From positions 1-56,579 of the IMG/VR virus record IMGVR_UViG_3300038724_000006: a stretch of 56,579 nucleotides of DNA. The stretch is one strand, 5' to 3'. Positions 56,301 to 56,579 of the stretch are shown piece after piece (the stretch's first letter is position 1; every line of letters starts with the position of its first letter). Below the pieces are notes generated by a model that saw only the letters and a list, made by a program, of their open reading frames with translations, did not search any database and was not told where the DNA came from. Position numbers and translations under genes: made by a program. Origin of the DNA: a virus. Lineage: Duplodnaviria > Caudoviricetes.

Positions 56301-56579
56301 GTGATGGGCTTGGATGCCGAGGTTGCTGGTATCGGTGAGCAAACTTTCGGTGATGCGTCAGTGGCTAGCGCTGCAACTTCTCCTGAAGCGGCTGCTTACG
56401 AAACCACTTACGGTTCTGTTAGCTTGTCTTCTGCGAAGGAGTTCACTCTGGAAGGTGGAGCAAACGGTAACTCTGAGCTAAGTGCAATGGGTCTGGCGAC
56501 AGGCACATACGGCGGTGGTGAAGATGGTCAGTTCTTATCTGATATCGACATCTCAACCTTCGAAGGTGCTACGGCAGCC
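53316..56579 (+). CDS. fliC: Giant flagellin, 3'-truncated by the window (>1088 aa)
   Basis: [18 protein letters not shown]...[26 protein letters not shown] RBS; the same frame at the window end reads ...[14 protein letters not shown], the start of the conserved C-terminal region; no stops in the segments I translated. Confidence 0.96.
   Translation, partial: [1088 protein letters not shown]

Overview
Two parts. (1) 301-38781 is an apparently complete 38,481-bp Mu-like transposable prophage with a contractile tail. It has TGTA...TACA termini, an exact 5-bp target duplication (GGATG at 296-300 and 38782-38786) and repeated candidate transposase-binding sites near both ends. Read from the right end on the minus strand it encodes Ner, MuA/MuB, early genes, GemA, Mor/C, lysis, terminase, portal, MuF, head, tail and baseplate genes; the S24-type repressor is on the plus strand. 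It also carries two AT-rich accessory islands (16270-18879, 27220-28977) and a MuF protein with an HExxH C-terminal extension. No gin, mom or gam gene was recognised. The phage sits at the tip of a hairpin inside a ~580-bp structured host tandem repeat. (2) 39784-56579 is a host flagellin-glycosylation locus: a sigma54-type promoter, pseB-pseC-pseF-pseG, two formyltransferases, pseI, a deacetylase, an oxidoreductase, an aminotransferase, a GNAT and a GT-like gene, then maf on the opposite strand. It ends with a sigma28-type promoter and a giant flagellin (>1088 aa) that runs off the window and is missing from the ORF track. The host is probably a marine gammaproteobacterium (inference). All family calls come from motif and synteny recognition, not database searches.
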